The translations under genes and the position numbers were made by a program. Positions 18,498 to 27,326 of a stretch of 64,000 bases of DNA are shown here, piece after piece (the first letter of the stretch is position 1; every line of letters begins with the position of its first letter). Where the stretch lies: IMG/VR virus record IMGVR_UViG_3300020578_000006, positions 124,001-188,000 of that record. One strand, written 5' to 3'. The notes beneath the pieces are model-generated. The model ran no database searches. It had not been told where the DNA came from and saw nothing but the letters and a program-made list of their open reading frames with translations.

Positions 18498-18838
18498 CCA
18501 GTTAAGTCTTCTGGAATTAACTCCGGCTCTACATCCTCTTCTTCAACAGGTTCATCTTTATCAATAAACTTAGGTATCGAAGTAAGGATAATATCTTTTT
18601 TAAATTCTTCTCTCTCTACATCAAGAACCATTGTTTCAAGCCGCTGTTCAATATACTTTTGAAAAGCTAATGGTTTAACCCAAAAGTCATCAGAAACCAT
18701 ATCAGTTTTTAGCTCTACAGCTTTACGTTCGACAAGATCTATAGCCTCAATCAGACAAAGCCATCTTGCATACTCCTCTTTTTTCATCTTAAAAGTCTTA
18801 GTATTGCCCTGTATAGTTATAATTTCTGGTGAATTCAT
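18494..18838 (-). CDS. Hypothetical protein, acidic C-terminus
   Basis: ORF with sigma70-type promoter. Confidence 0.6.
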   Translation of the reverse strand: MNSPEIITIQGNTKTFKMKKEEYARWLCLIEAIDLVERKAVELKTDMVSDDFWVKPLAFQKYIEQRLETMVLDVEREEFKKDIILTSIPKFIDKDEPVEEEDVEPELIPEDLTG

Positions 18839-18844
18839 GTTTAA

Positions 18845-18873
18845 AGTATATAAAGAAATCTAATGAACGTCAA
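18845..18873 (-). promoter_or_regulatory. Sigma70-type promoter TTGACG-N17-TATACT
   Basis: 6 nt before ATG 18838. Confidence 0.75.
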
Positions 18874-18878
18874 GCAAA

Positions 18879-19280
18879 TTATCTCAACTTACCTAATATA
18901 AACCCGGCAACTGCACAATAAAAAGTTACAACGTCAAACCCACACCCCGTCTTATACAATAGTCTAAACGTACTTCTCAATACGTCAAATGCCTCTTTAA
19001 CCAATAATATTTTTTCTGGCGATGTTTTGTCTTTATCATTTTCTTTTAGCTGTAATTTTAAAGACGTCTCTAGAGTGTCAAAAAAAGACTCTACTAACTC
19101 TGCTGTGGTTTTATTAATACCAGTAGAGCCTGCCAAAGCATTTTTATACGTTTTGTAAGGTAGTTGACCTTTTGAGAAAAAGAAATCATTAGCCACATTT
19201 CTTATTTTAGATAACTCTAGTGGGGTTTCTATACCAGATATAGGCATAATTTGACTTGATTGTACTTCTACATAGTTCAT
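18879..19280 (-). CDS. Hypothetical protein
   Basis: 133-aa ORF, ATGA-coupled. Confidence 0.55.
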   Translation of the reverse strand: MNYVEVQSSQIMPISGIETPLELSKIRNVANDFFFSKGQLPYKTYKNALAGSTGINKTTAELVESFFDTLETSLKLQLKENDKDKTSPEKILLVKEAFDVLRSTFRLLYKTGCGFDVVTFYCAVAGFILGKLR

Positions 19281-19705
19281 TTTTCTACCTCACCTATTAA
19301 TTGCTGTTGTAATACTTGCTGTGCATCAGCTACAACAGGGATAGTAGCTATAGCCGTTTTTAAGTTAACATGCACATTAACTTGTTTTTTACACCCGGGG
19401 CACATATAATCATTCTTTTCATTCAATACAATAGGTACAAACGTCTGTACCGCTCTATCGCATGGACAGGTTACTACAGAACCTTGCTTACTTAATTCTG
19501 CTTCCCGGGCTATAGTTAATTTTTCAGCTTCTACAGCAAGTTTTTTTTCCGTTATGTCTCTGTAAAAATAAAAACCTACAAATTGTAATGCAGTAAAAAA
19601 ACCAAGCGCGCTAAAAAAATTAATTCCCAAAAAAGTAAAAGGCCAGGCAAGAACCGACCCAACAAGTATAGTTAACCCAGCGCTGGTTAAAAGCTTAAAT
19701 ACCAT
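19277..19705 (-). CDS. Hypothetical membrane protein with CxC...CxxC zinc ribbon
   Basis: Two N-terminal hydrophobic segments; CPCD and CPGC. Confidence 0.6.
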   Translation of the reverse strand: MVFKLLTSAGLTILVGSVLAWPFTFLGINFFSALGFFTALQFVGFYFYRDITEKKLAVEAEKLTIAREAELSKQGSVVTCPCDRAVQTFVPIVLNEKNDYMCPGCKKQVNVHVNLKTAIATIPVVADAQQVLQQQLIGEVEK

Positions 19706-19711
19706 GATATT

Positions 19712-19739
19712 AGTATAAATTACTCTTCTTTGTTTTCAA
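19712..19739 (-). promoter_or_regulatory. Sigma70-type promoter TTGAAA-N16-TATACT
   Basis: 6 nt before ATG 19705. Confidence 0.75.
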
Positions 19740-20100
19740 CTATTTGATTAAGTTCTTCTGTACACGACACAATTATGTTTTGTATCTCGGCAATTTTTTC
19801 ATTTAACTGTCTTATAGCCTTTATGCTATTTTCGTTTTCTTTAATTACAGGGTAGGAAATACTACTGGCCATAAGACGTCTCATATCAGCGCACTTAACA
19901 AACAAATCGCCAAGAGCGTCTACAGCATTGTTTAAAGGAAACGGTAATTGCTTGGAAGCTTGAGTTCTATTTCTATATCTATTAACAATATCCGCAACTG
20001 TTATTACTTCTGGTTGTAAATCTCTTTTTGCTATTCCGCTAACCCATTGATTATAAAGCTTCATTGAATCTTCATTTAATACACTGGGTCGTTTCTTCAC
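19720..20100 (-). CDS. Hypothetical late protein (MKKRPSVLNE)
   Basis: GTG start 4 nt after AATAAATA. Confidence 0.55.
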   Translation of the reverse strand: MKKRPSVLNEDSMKLYNQWVSGIAKRDLQPEVITVADIVNRYRNRTQASKQLPFPLNNAVDALGDLFVKCADMRRLMASSISYPVIKENENSIKAIRQLNEKIAEIQNIIVSCTEELNQIVENKEE

Positions 20101-20104
20101 ATTA

Positions 20105-20112
20105 TATTTATT
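20105..20112 (-). promoter_or_regulatory. Late promoter AATAAATA
   Basis: 4 nt before GTG 20100. Confidence 0.65.
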
Positions 20113-20126
20113 ATTAGCATAGAATA

Positions 20127-20134
20127 AATAAATA
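20127..20134 (+). promoter_or_regulatory. Late promoter AATAAATA
   Basis: 5 nt before ATG 20140. Confidence 0.65.
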
Positions 20135-20139
20135 ATAAT

Positions 20140-20553
20140 ATGAGTTTATTTGCCAATCATTTTAACAGTATTTTAGAAGCAGACGAAGTAGATGTGAATG
20201 CTGCAGACACAGCAGCTGCCGAACAACAAGCGATGAAGCAGCAGCTTGACCCTACTACAGATCCAAAATCACTTAATGTAAATGTTCCTCCGGATCTAGA
20301 GGCTACTAAAGGTGCTCATACTGCCGCTCAAAAAAAATCATTAAATGAATGGATAGCAAAGATTTCAGAATTTATCAACTTCTTAAATGGTGTGGAAGGT
20401 AGTAGTGTTCAATCGCAGCTGGCTTCTGCAGGCTGTGACTCGTTGTTTGAAAAGGTTGCTTCTAGTGAAAAGAAAAGAATAGCCAGAGTTGCAATGGAGC
20501 TAAGCTCTCTTAACGAATCATTAAAGGGATACGTCATTTCAAACGACAGTTAA
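20140..20553 (+). CDS. Hypothetical late protein (MSLFANHFNSILE)
   Basis: ORF with late promoter and I-x-E site. Confidence 0.6.
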   Translation: MSLFANHFNSILEADEVDVNAADTAAAEQQAMKQQLDPTTDPKSLNVNVPPDLEATKGAHTAAQKKSLNEWIAKISEFINFLNGVEGSSVQSQLASAGCDSLFEKVASSEKKRIARVAMELSSLNESLKGYVISNDS

Positions 20554-21581
20554 TTAAGTTTCGCCAACAACATAGTACCCTTTAATCCGTTGTAAGTATT
20601 GTCAGTAATAAACTTTTCCGATATTTCATATAGCTTGTGGTGAACACAAACATCATTAATATCTTTTAATCTTTTCAACTCAGACGGCCATATAAAAACT
20701 TTACAACCTTGCTTGAGTAAGAAATTAGTCTTCTTCTTACTTGCTTGATCTATACGCTGATTATCTAATACCCAAATTTGCTCTAAACTACTATATGGTT
20801 TAAGTTGTTCTTTTTGTTTGGGTGTAAACAAATCTCCTTTACCTTCATTAATACCTGCGACCGCTATACCATTTTTTATAAAACAAGCATCCAAAGGCCC
20901 TTCAGTAATGAACAAATATTTTTTATTAAGATCTACATTATTAATACCGAATAAAGTTTTTTCGCTATTTTGTTTTGAAAGATATTTTGGAAATGTGTTA
21001 TTAGGCGTTTCAATTAACGTTCGAGTTTGATAGTGTACGATCTTATTGCTTAAGTCATAAAATGGTATTACTAATCTATTCTTATGGATCTTATCTGTTA
21101 GACTAATCCAAAATGATTCTGGACGATTACAGGCTTTTTCTAAGCGCCGATCTGAAATGGTTTTCAATGCAGCCTGTATATATTTGTTAGTTTTGTAAAA
21201 TGATACTTGACTTACATCAGATAAATTAATACTATCTTCTGGTAGGGTATCGGTATTTAAAACTACTTGTGAGTCTTCGGCAATTTCCTGCTCGTATTCA
21301 ATACTAGGGTCAACAAATTGATTATTCTCCCTCATTATCTCAACATAAGATAAATTTGCCACGGTTTGAATCCATTTAACTGGTCTCATACTTAAACCAC
21401 AATTATGACAAAAGATTAAATTCTTTTTAACAATATAATATAATCTTCTTTTCTTTCCCCATGACTTGCCCTCTCTACAAACTGGACACCCACCGTAATA
21501 AGACTTCGTTGCTTTGTTATATTTTGGATAACCAGCGTATTGGTAAAATTTAGATACGATATAGTTCTCGTTTAACAGCAC
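20550..21581 (-). CDS. gp61: DNA primase gp61
   Basis: CPVC...CHNCG zinc finger, LVIPFY, PKYL, TEGPLDA and DNQ...KDIND TOPRIM motifs. Confidence 0.93.
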   Translation of the reverse strand: MLLNENYIVSKFYQYAGYPKYNKATKSYYGGCPVCREGKSWGKKRRLYYIVKKNLIFCHNCGLSMRPVKWIQTVANLSYVEIMRENNQFVDPSIEYEQEIAEDSQVVLNTDTLPEDSINLSDVSQVSFYKTNKYIQAALKTISDRRLEKACNRPESFWISLTDKIHKNRLVIPFYDLSNKIVHYQTRTLIETPNNTFPKYLSKQNSEKTLFGINNVDLNKKYLFITEGPLDACFIKNGIAVAGINEGKGDLFTPKQKEQLKPYSSLEQIWVLDNQRIDQASKKKTNFLLKQGCKVFIWPSELKRLKDINDVCVHHKLYEISEKFITDNTYNGLKGTMLLAKLN

Positions 21582-21586
21582 AACTT

Positions 21587-21614
21587 ATTATAAGATAGGA
21601 ACTTAAAAGATCAA
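21587..21614 (-). promoter_or_regulatory. Sigma70-type promoter TTGATC-N16-TATAAT (gp61)
   Basis: 5 nt before GTG 21581. Confidence 0.75.
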
Positions 21615-21796
21615 TTAGTAGAAGGCTTTACATCTTCAATACTAACAACACCTTTACGAATAAAGGTACCGCTAGCCGGATCATACCAGTGAGCCTCTTT
21701 TACAATCTTATCTCCTACAATACGTTCAACTATCTTAGGCTCTACTGGTTGTCCGCTAATAGGGCTAGCAATCTTGCAAGGTCTGACAAAGTCCAT
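21611..21796 (-). CDS. Small hypothetical late protein
   Basis: 61 aa; ATG 6 nt after TATAAATA. Confidence 0.6.
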   Translation of the reverse strand: MDFVRPCKIASPISGQPVEPKIVERIVGDKIVKEAHWYDPASGTFIRKGVVSIEDVKPSTN

Positions 21797-21802
21797 ATAT
21801 TA

Positions 21803-21810
21803 TATTTATA
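21803..21810 (-). promoter_or_regulatory. Late promoter TATAAATA
   Basis: 6 nt before ATG 21796. Confidence 0.8.
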
Positions 21811-21825
21811 GGTTTATTATTATTT

Positions 21826-22119
21826 TCAACTAGATAAAGGTGCAATAAATGTAGTTGTAGAAGTTTTGCTTTTGTTGTACTGCGCTATACAAACAGAATA
21901 AACATCTGTGGGGAGTTTGGCCACATATGTAATTATGTCATTCTTTAGACCAGTTAAAAATGATTTCTTTGGAACCGCTCTAACTAACATCTTAGGTAAA
22001 CTGAGAAACTCATAATACAATCCATTGTCCTTTGCATAAACAAGGAATTCCCCTACATATAGACCTGTATTTACCGCGTAACACCCTCTATGGTGTGGCT
22101 TTTTACTTTGAAAGAACAT
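21826..22119 (-). CDS. Hypothetical protein
   Basis: ORF track gives 21826..22137; ATG 22119 is the more likely start. Confidence 0.45.
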   Translation of the reverse strand: MFFQSKKPHHRGCYAVNTGLYVGEFLVYAKDNGLYYEFLSLPKMLVRAVPKKSFLTGLKNDIITYVAKLPTDVYSVCIAQYNKSKTSTTTFIAPLSS

Positions 22120-22972
22120 TTCTAGCAAACAACGCAATATCTCGTTCTAAAGATTGCATCGCGGGGGGTAATTCTAAGTTATAAAGTCTTAATTTTTCTG
22201 TACTTAATACACAGTTACTTCTATTAGCGACTGTATTTAAACTACCTATATCAATAAAATTCCACCCCGGGTTTTCTATTCCATTCTTCTTAAGAAGGTC
22301 AACTATTTCTTTGGCTTCAACACCACCCGGGTTTACTACATTTATTGGACCCGCTGGAATAGTCTTAAACAAATACAAGAATTTTGCAATAAATTGATTT
22401 AAATCTAAGGTGCTTGTTAAGCTATTTTTCAAGCTAATTAAATTATTATATTTGTAAATTTTATTGAGATAATTCTTTGATGCTAATGTACCGTCAAATG
22501 GCATTCTGATTCTTAAAATATAACCATAACAATTTTGAAAAATAGTTTCAGATGCATGCTTACATTTGCTGTAAAAACTGCTCACGTCACTATACAATCC
22601 AAAATTAGGCTCATCTTCTTCAGTAAATTCTTTCTCGTGACCTGTATAAATGCACCCGCTACTAATTTGAATAGTGGGTATCATAAACATATTTGTAGAT
22701 AGAACGATATTTCTTGGCACTATAACATTCCAAAACCAGCAGTCCTGTTTATGTTTTTCACAACCGTCAACATTAGGAAACCCCGTATACCCGGAACAGT
22801 TGATTACCGCTTCAAAATTGTTATTTTCTTTTAAGTACTTTTGTAAAGTAGCAGGAGAGGTGTAATCAAGCTGCGCCCTATTAAGAGATGTAACAGTAAA
22901 ATTATTAGATATTAAATGCTGCTCTAATGCGGCCCCTATGTAACCTTTACCAAGCAGAAGAATAGGTTTCAC
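22103..22972 (-). CDS. NAD-dependent sugar epimerase/reductase (RmlD-like extended SDR)
   Basis: LLLGKGYIG Rossmann motif, INCSGYTG, SSGCIY, FYSKCK (YxxxK), LRIRMP. Confidence 0.85.
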   Translation of the reverse strand: MKPILLLGKGYIGAALEQHLISNNFTVTSLNRAQLDYTSPATLQKYLKENNNFEAVINCSGYTGFPNVDGCEKHKQDCWFWNVIVPRNIVLSTNMFMIPTIQISSGCIYTGHEKEFTEEDEPNFGLYSDVSSFYSKCKHASETIFQNCYGYILRIRMPFDGTLASKNYLNKIYKYNNLISLKNSLTSTLDLNQFIAKFLYLFKTIPAGPINVVNPGGVEAKEIVDLLKKNGIENPGWNFIDIGSLNTVANRSNCVLSTEKLRLYNLELPPAMQSLERDIALFARNVLSK

Positions 22973-23265
22973 TTATCTTCTTGCTGATTTATCGCATGAA
23001 ACAGAAACCTGTTAATAGCGGCGGATAATGCATCAGCATCCATCTGATTTTTTGCATGTATAAAACTAACCGGTGCCCCATTCATGTCGTAACCTATAAC
23101 TACAAACGCACTAAGGTACTCAGAAATCACGTTAGCTAAATTTTGAATATTTTTAGACTTTTCCGACTTGCTGAGCGCATGGTGCATCATGTAATCATTC
23201 ATTACAGACCTAATAAGATCCTCCATCTGGCCTTTTTGAATCTTTTTGGAATTATCCGGCTTCAT
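22969..23265 (-). CDS. Hypothetical protein
   Basis: Start placed at MKPDN (GGGGA 5' of ATG) to avoid overlap with the upstream gene. Confidence 0.5.
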   Translation of the reverse strand: MKPDNSKKIQKGQMEDLIRSVMNDYMMHHALSKSEKSKNIQNLANVISEYLSAFVVIGYDMNGAPVSFIHAKNQMDADALSAAINRFLFHAINQQEDK

Positions 23266-23281
23266 ACTATCCCCGTCGCTA

Positions 23282-23644
23282 TTATGTTTGCTTGGGTGCT
23301 TCACATGTATATTTAGGGCGCTCAGCATAATATGGTGTGTTTTTGGCATTGTTGTTAATACCTCTTTCAATAAGATATCTAATAATCACTTCAATACTAT
23401 CGGTTTTAATACAATAATTTTTGTTAATTCGAATACCACCGTCATTTAATTCAAACATTATATCGTTTAAAAAATCCTTATTCTGAAAGCAAGTAATAAA
23501 CAAGCTCGCGCCGCCTGGATCGACCAATACCGTCCATCTTCTTGGGTCGTGTGCACCATATCCATTGAATGTTTTTAAAACAATAAAACCGTTATCCCTA
23601 AGTCTCTTAACGAAATAACCTGGTGTTGTAATTTTGTTTTTCAT
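23282..23644 (-). CDS. Hypothetical protein
   Basis: 120 aa, TAATG-coupled to gp45. Confidence 0.6.
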   Translation of the reverse strand: MKNKITTPGYFVKRLRDNGFIVLKTFNGYGAHDPRRWTVLVDPGGASLFITCFQNKDFLNDIMFELNDGGIRINKNYCIKTDSIEVIIRYLIERGINNNAKNTPYYAERPKYTCEAPKQT

Positions 23645-24372
23645 TATTTTACTAGTGACGAAGCTATGTAACGTGTTTTAACAACTCCGTCTAAAAGTTG
23701 AAACATTATAACTCCTAATTTTGGATTAATTTTACACTCTAACTGCTTTACTCTCACACTACTAATTATTCGGATTAACTCAAAATTCAAGCATAAAGAT
23801 TCTAGCGGACTGCCAGTGTAATCCCCTAAAGGTAAGGAAATATTGTCAACATTATGTCTTGCTTTATCTGTTAAATCGCCATATATTTTACCATCCTGTG
23901 AGTAGATATATAACTTGTTACTTTCAGTTGCAAATGTAGAGCCTCTCAACAGATCAACTAACGACTTGTATTGTATGTTAAATGTTATAGGAAACGATAA
24001 GCTTGCAAGCTTAGAAACGTCGACTTTTGGGGGTATAATAATACCGTCTTCGAGTAGATGGTATTTAAACCTAATTTCTGGCCCTGAATAGCTAATATTA
24101 TTTTTATCAATTGTTAGAGTAAAATTATTATCTTGTACGCATTCTAAAGCCTTAATAACCTTTTTAATATCCGAAATGTTTAATCTTAAGGTTGTTTCGG
24201 TATCAAGCTCGGTATTATATGCAGAGTGCAATATAACGGAAGCGTCGGTTGTACTAACAACACTAGAAAACCCTTCACCGGTAACCGTTATTACGCAACT
24301 ATCATTTATCTTACTAAGAGGGAGTAAGAAGCCATTTAAAAAAAGCTTACGGTCTGGGATATGAACATTCAC
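23644..24372 (-). CDS. gp45: Sliding clamp gp45
   Basis: 242 aa; size, LLPLSKIN, LNISDIKKVIKAL and KYHLLE pattern; replication-module position. Confidence 0.75.
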   Translation of the reverse strand: MNVHIPDRKLFLNGFLLPLSKINDSCVITVTGEGFSSVVSTTDASVILHSAYNTELDTETTLRLNISDIKKVIKALECVQDNNFTLTIDKNNISYSGPEIRFKYHLLEDGIIIPPKVDVSKLASLSFPITFNIQYKSLVDLLRGSTFATESNKLYIYSQDGKIYGDLTDKARHNVDNISLPLGDYTGSPLESLCLNFELIRIISSVRVKQLECKINPKLGVIMFQLLDGVVKTRYIASSLVK

Positions 24373-24378
24373 AGAAAT

Positions 24379-24406
24379 ATTATAACAAGAATATACTAGA
24401 AAGCAA
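24379..24406 (-). promoter_or_regulatory. Sigma70-type promoter TTGCTT-N16-TATAAT (gp45)
   Basis: 6 nt before GTG 24372. Confidence 0.75.
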
Positions 24407-24408
24407 GA

Positions 24409-24819
24409 TTATGATTTGGATAGTTTATCAATAATTCTATCCAATTTATCTAAAATACGATCTAGTTTATTATTAACAATATCAGGAGTAATTTTTTGAT
24501 TAAAATCAAAGACTAATTGATTAGGGTCTTCAACTACTTCAGGTTGTTGTTTTTGCGGAGGCGGCGTAAAGGTAACAGTTACTTGACTATTGGCCGGGGC
24601 AGATACTGTTGCTGGTGATTGAGCCGGCTGTACTGCTGATTCAACCGTGGTTCTAAAAACATTTTCTAAATTAGTTCTATTACCAGAAACAAATTTAGAT
24701 GAACCTATAACGCTTTTATCAATATTTTTTAACTCTGCTAACGTAGTACCCAAAAGATTAATAATAGCCTCTTTTGCTTGAGGGCTATTCGGATCTAATG
24801 GTACAAGTGCATCAGACAT
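24409..24819 (-). CDS. Hypothetical protein with QLVFDF motif and C-terminal coiled segment
   Basis: 136-aa ORF between gp32 and gp45. Confidence 0.55.
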   Translation of the reverse strand: MSDALVPLDPNSPQAKEAIINLLGTTLAELKNIDKSVIGSSKFVSGNRTNLENVFRTTVESAVQPAQSPATVSAPANSQVTVTFTPPPQKQQPEVVEDPNQLVFDFNQKITPDIVNNKLDRILDKLDRIIDKLSKS

Positions 24820-24821
24820 TA

Positions 24822-25646
24822 TTAATTTTCGTCAAGCCCAGCAAGAAGCTTCTGAACGGTCTCATCTTCTAAGACTTCTTGTTCTGCTACTACCGGGGTG
24901 GCAGCTTCTACTCTCTTCGAAGGTGCTGGTGTAGACTCACTCTTGCAATAGTAATGCTCTTCTAGCATAGTCTTTAATTCATCATAACTCTTAACAGGAA
25001 ATACCGTTTCAAGTTCAAATGTATTTTTATAAATCTCGTCAGCTTTTTTCTTATCAACCCCTTCGATAGCCTTGGGCAAAGAGAACTTACTACTAACGTA
25101 AGTAGGAAAATCTCCTTGCTGCTCTACCTTAATCTTCAAACTAGAGCCCTTATCAGTAAGGTCAAAAATTCTAGCGCCAAGATCTTCAGCTCCTTCACCT
25201 TCAATAGCGTCGCTAATAATCTTATGAAGCTGCTTACCATATCGAACAATCATTGTCTTACCAGTATTTGCCTCGTTCACCGGGTCGTTAATAACATAAG
25301 CATTAACTAACCACTTTTCTGTTCTAAGAATTGCTCGGGCCTTGGCCTTATCTTCCTCTGTACCGGTCTTTAAGATGCGATAACGAGCCTCTGCAATAGG
25401 GTCTCTTTCACCGAAAGTGGTAGGGCTAATTGCAGAAACATATTGACCGGTTGCAAAGCTTGTCCACCCAAAAGTATAGTAGTGAAAAAATGTCTTAGCC
25501 GGTTCTTTTACATTAGGTAAAAGTCTGACGGTATAGGTATTCCCTACTTCAAGTTTAAGAATATCTTTATTTCTAGAAGAAGTATTGTTATTTTTTGCCA
25601 GTGCAGTCTTAATGCTCTCAAACATCGTATTGGTAATTGTACTCAT
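24822..25646 (-). CDS. gp32: Single-stranded DNA-binding protein gp32
   Basis: TVRLLP, YVINDP...TGK..IVRYGKQLHKII, FDLT..G..LKIKV, YVSSKF; acidic tail. Confidence 0.88.
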   Translation of the reverse strand: MSTITNTMFESIKTALAKNNNTSSRNKDILKLEVGNTYTVRLLPNVKEPAKTFFHYYTFGWTSFATGQYVSAISPTTFGERDPIAEARYRILKTGTEEDKAKARAILRTEKWLVNAYVINDPVNEANTGKTMIVRYGKQLHKIISDAIEGEGAEDLGARIFDLTDKGSSLKIKVEQQGDFPTYVSSKFSLPKAIEGVDKKKADEIYKNTFELETVFPVKSYDELKTMLEEHYYCKSESTPAPSKRVEAATPVVAEQEVLEDETVQKLLAGLDEN

Positions 25647-25653
25647 ATTAATT

Positions 25654-25681
25654 ATGATAATATGTCCTAACTAGAAATCAA
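25654..25681 (-). promoter_or_regulatory. Sigma70-type promoter TTGATT-N16-TATCAT (gp32)
   Basis: 7 nt before ATG 25646. Confidence 0.72.
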
Positions 25682-26316
25682 GATTTATTTCCTAAAATCT
25701 TTTTCAACCCTTGCATTGCTAAGTATTTGGCAGTTTTACTAGAAAAATATTTTGTACGAAAAACAGGTATATTGTCGTAAATATCACCTAGTGTAAATCT
25801 TAGTAAGTCTGGATCGTTTTGCTGTAAGCACTTATCAAAGTTTTCAAATGCAAACAAATTATAAAGACTAATTTTTCTATCTTTTAAATGAGTTATAAAA
25901 GCATGTTGTACCCCATCTTTGAACAGGGGGTATTCCTGTACCGTTATTGCCTTGTCTTTGCAAAATTGTTTTATAAAAGCTAATCCCTTTGCAATACTGT
26001 TAAGGTGAAATTTGTCATCAGGCGGAAGAAGTAGTTTTTGCTTCATAGCTAAAGTGTATACTTTTATTGCATTTTGTGATGAATAAAACTTTAAATCAAA
26101 CCCGCTCTCACCTGGGTATATAGTATAAGGTGCAATAAAAAATTCGGCTAAATCAACACTATGATTTCTTGAAAAGAAATTTTTTAGTTTTAAAACATAC
26201 GGGTATGCCTCTGACGTTTCAAAATTGTCCCATTGTTTTCTAAACCTAAACGGTAAACCGCTCTTGGTTCTAGAAATTTTTAGAAACGTGTTATAAATTA
26301 TTTTTTCGGAAATCAT
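25678..26316 (-). CDS. Probable helicase loader (gp59-like)
   Basis: 212 aa, next to gp32; FITHLKDRKISLYNL resembles gp59 IFKLLQSNIISFETF. Confidence 0.5.
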   Translation of the reverse strand: MISEKIIYNTFLKISRTKSGLPFRFRKQWDNFETSEAYPYVLKLKNFFSRNHSVDLAEFFIAPYTIYPGESGFDLKFYSSQNAIKVYTLAMKQKLLLPPDDKFHLNSIAKGLAFIKQFCKDKAITVQEYPLFKDGVQHAFITHLKDRKISLYNLFAFENFDKCLQQNDPDLLRFTLGDIYDNIPVFRTKYFSSKTAKYLAMQGLKKILGNKS

Positions 26317-27029
26317 TTAAAATAATCAGCTAAATGCTTTAATTCATTTTCCCTATTCCACGAATTAGCCCCCACAATATTTGTTCTTCTAAAAAACTGC
26401 TTGTCACATATGGGTCTTTGTGAATTAGTTTTGGTAAATTTATGCTTTAAATAGAATTCAGCAGACCATATATCTGGATATGAAAAATACTGATCATCGT
26501 GTATAGTTTCTAATGCATAGTCAATGTCTGCGCAGTATGAAGCATCGTCCCAAGGCCACCAACCCTTTTCTTCAAACCAGCTAGTATTTATATCCAATAC
26601 ATTAAACCCGTTTGCATTGACTAGTGTGGTAGGGTTGCCAGAGCCGTCAAAATGCTCTATACAAAAATACGGTAAGCTTGTTGTTTTAGCAAAGTCCACA
26701 AGTTCATTATAAAGGCTTAAATCTTTTAAACAAGAAAAAGCATCATCTTGAATAAAAAAAAGTTTTCTTACACCTTTTTCCTTAAGCTTGGTTAAAGCTA
26801 GTTTTAAAGCGGCAGGATAATCCCCAGAGATAGTACCAAAAGTAAAATTAAAACCGTCAAGCAGTTTGCTGTTTTTAACATTATCAATGTACTCATTGGG
26901 TGAATTATGAAAAAGATATAAGTTTAAGTCTAGTAAATTTCTAAAATGTTTGTCGGATAAATCTTTAGATTTGTACTCAACTAATTCAAGCCTTTTATCC
27001 CCGTATGTAAAAGTTAAACTGCCAATCAT
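26313..27029 (-). CDS. Hypothetical protein, possible GT-A-fold glycosyltransferase
   Basis: LFFIQDDAF acidic motif after a hydrophobic strand; weak. Confidence 0.35.
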   Translation of the reverse strand: MIGSLTFTYGDKRLELVEYKSKDLSDKHFRNLLDLNLYLFHNSPNEYIDNVKNSKLLDGFNFTFGTISGDYPAALKLALTKLKEKGVRKLFFIQDDAFSCLKDLSLYNELVDFAKTTSLPYFCIEHFDGSGNPTTLVNANGFNVLDINTSWFEEKGWWPWDDASYCADIDYALETIHDDQYFSYPDIWSAEFYLKHKFTKTNSQRPICDKQFFRRTNIVGANSWNRENELKHLADYFK

Positions 27030-27301
27030 TTTTTATGCTTATTCAAATATTTCATAATATATTTGCTTTTGCAAAGAGAAGGGTCAAATTCTAAAAATAT
27101 TCTTACCGCAGATACATCATCCTCTACATCCATCATGCTCTTAAAAAAATTTTTTATTGATGTATTTTGAAGAAAAAGAAGTAATATGTTAGCTAAATTA
27201 TATTTTTTATTGTAGCATATACAAACATAACTACAAAAACATCTAAAAAGGTGATCTGTTTCCTCGTGGTTAATGTTACTAAAATTCATTGATAATAACA
27301 T
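27026..27301 (-). CDS. Hypothetical protein
   Basis: 91-aa ORF in the replication operon. Confidence 0.5.
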   Translation of the reverse strand: MLLSMNFSNINHEETDHLFRCFCSYVCICYNKKYNLANILLLFLQNTSIKNFFKSMMDVEDDVSAVRIFLEFDPSLCKSKYIMKYLNKHKK

Positions 27302-27326
27302 TTATACATCAATTTAACAAAATCCC

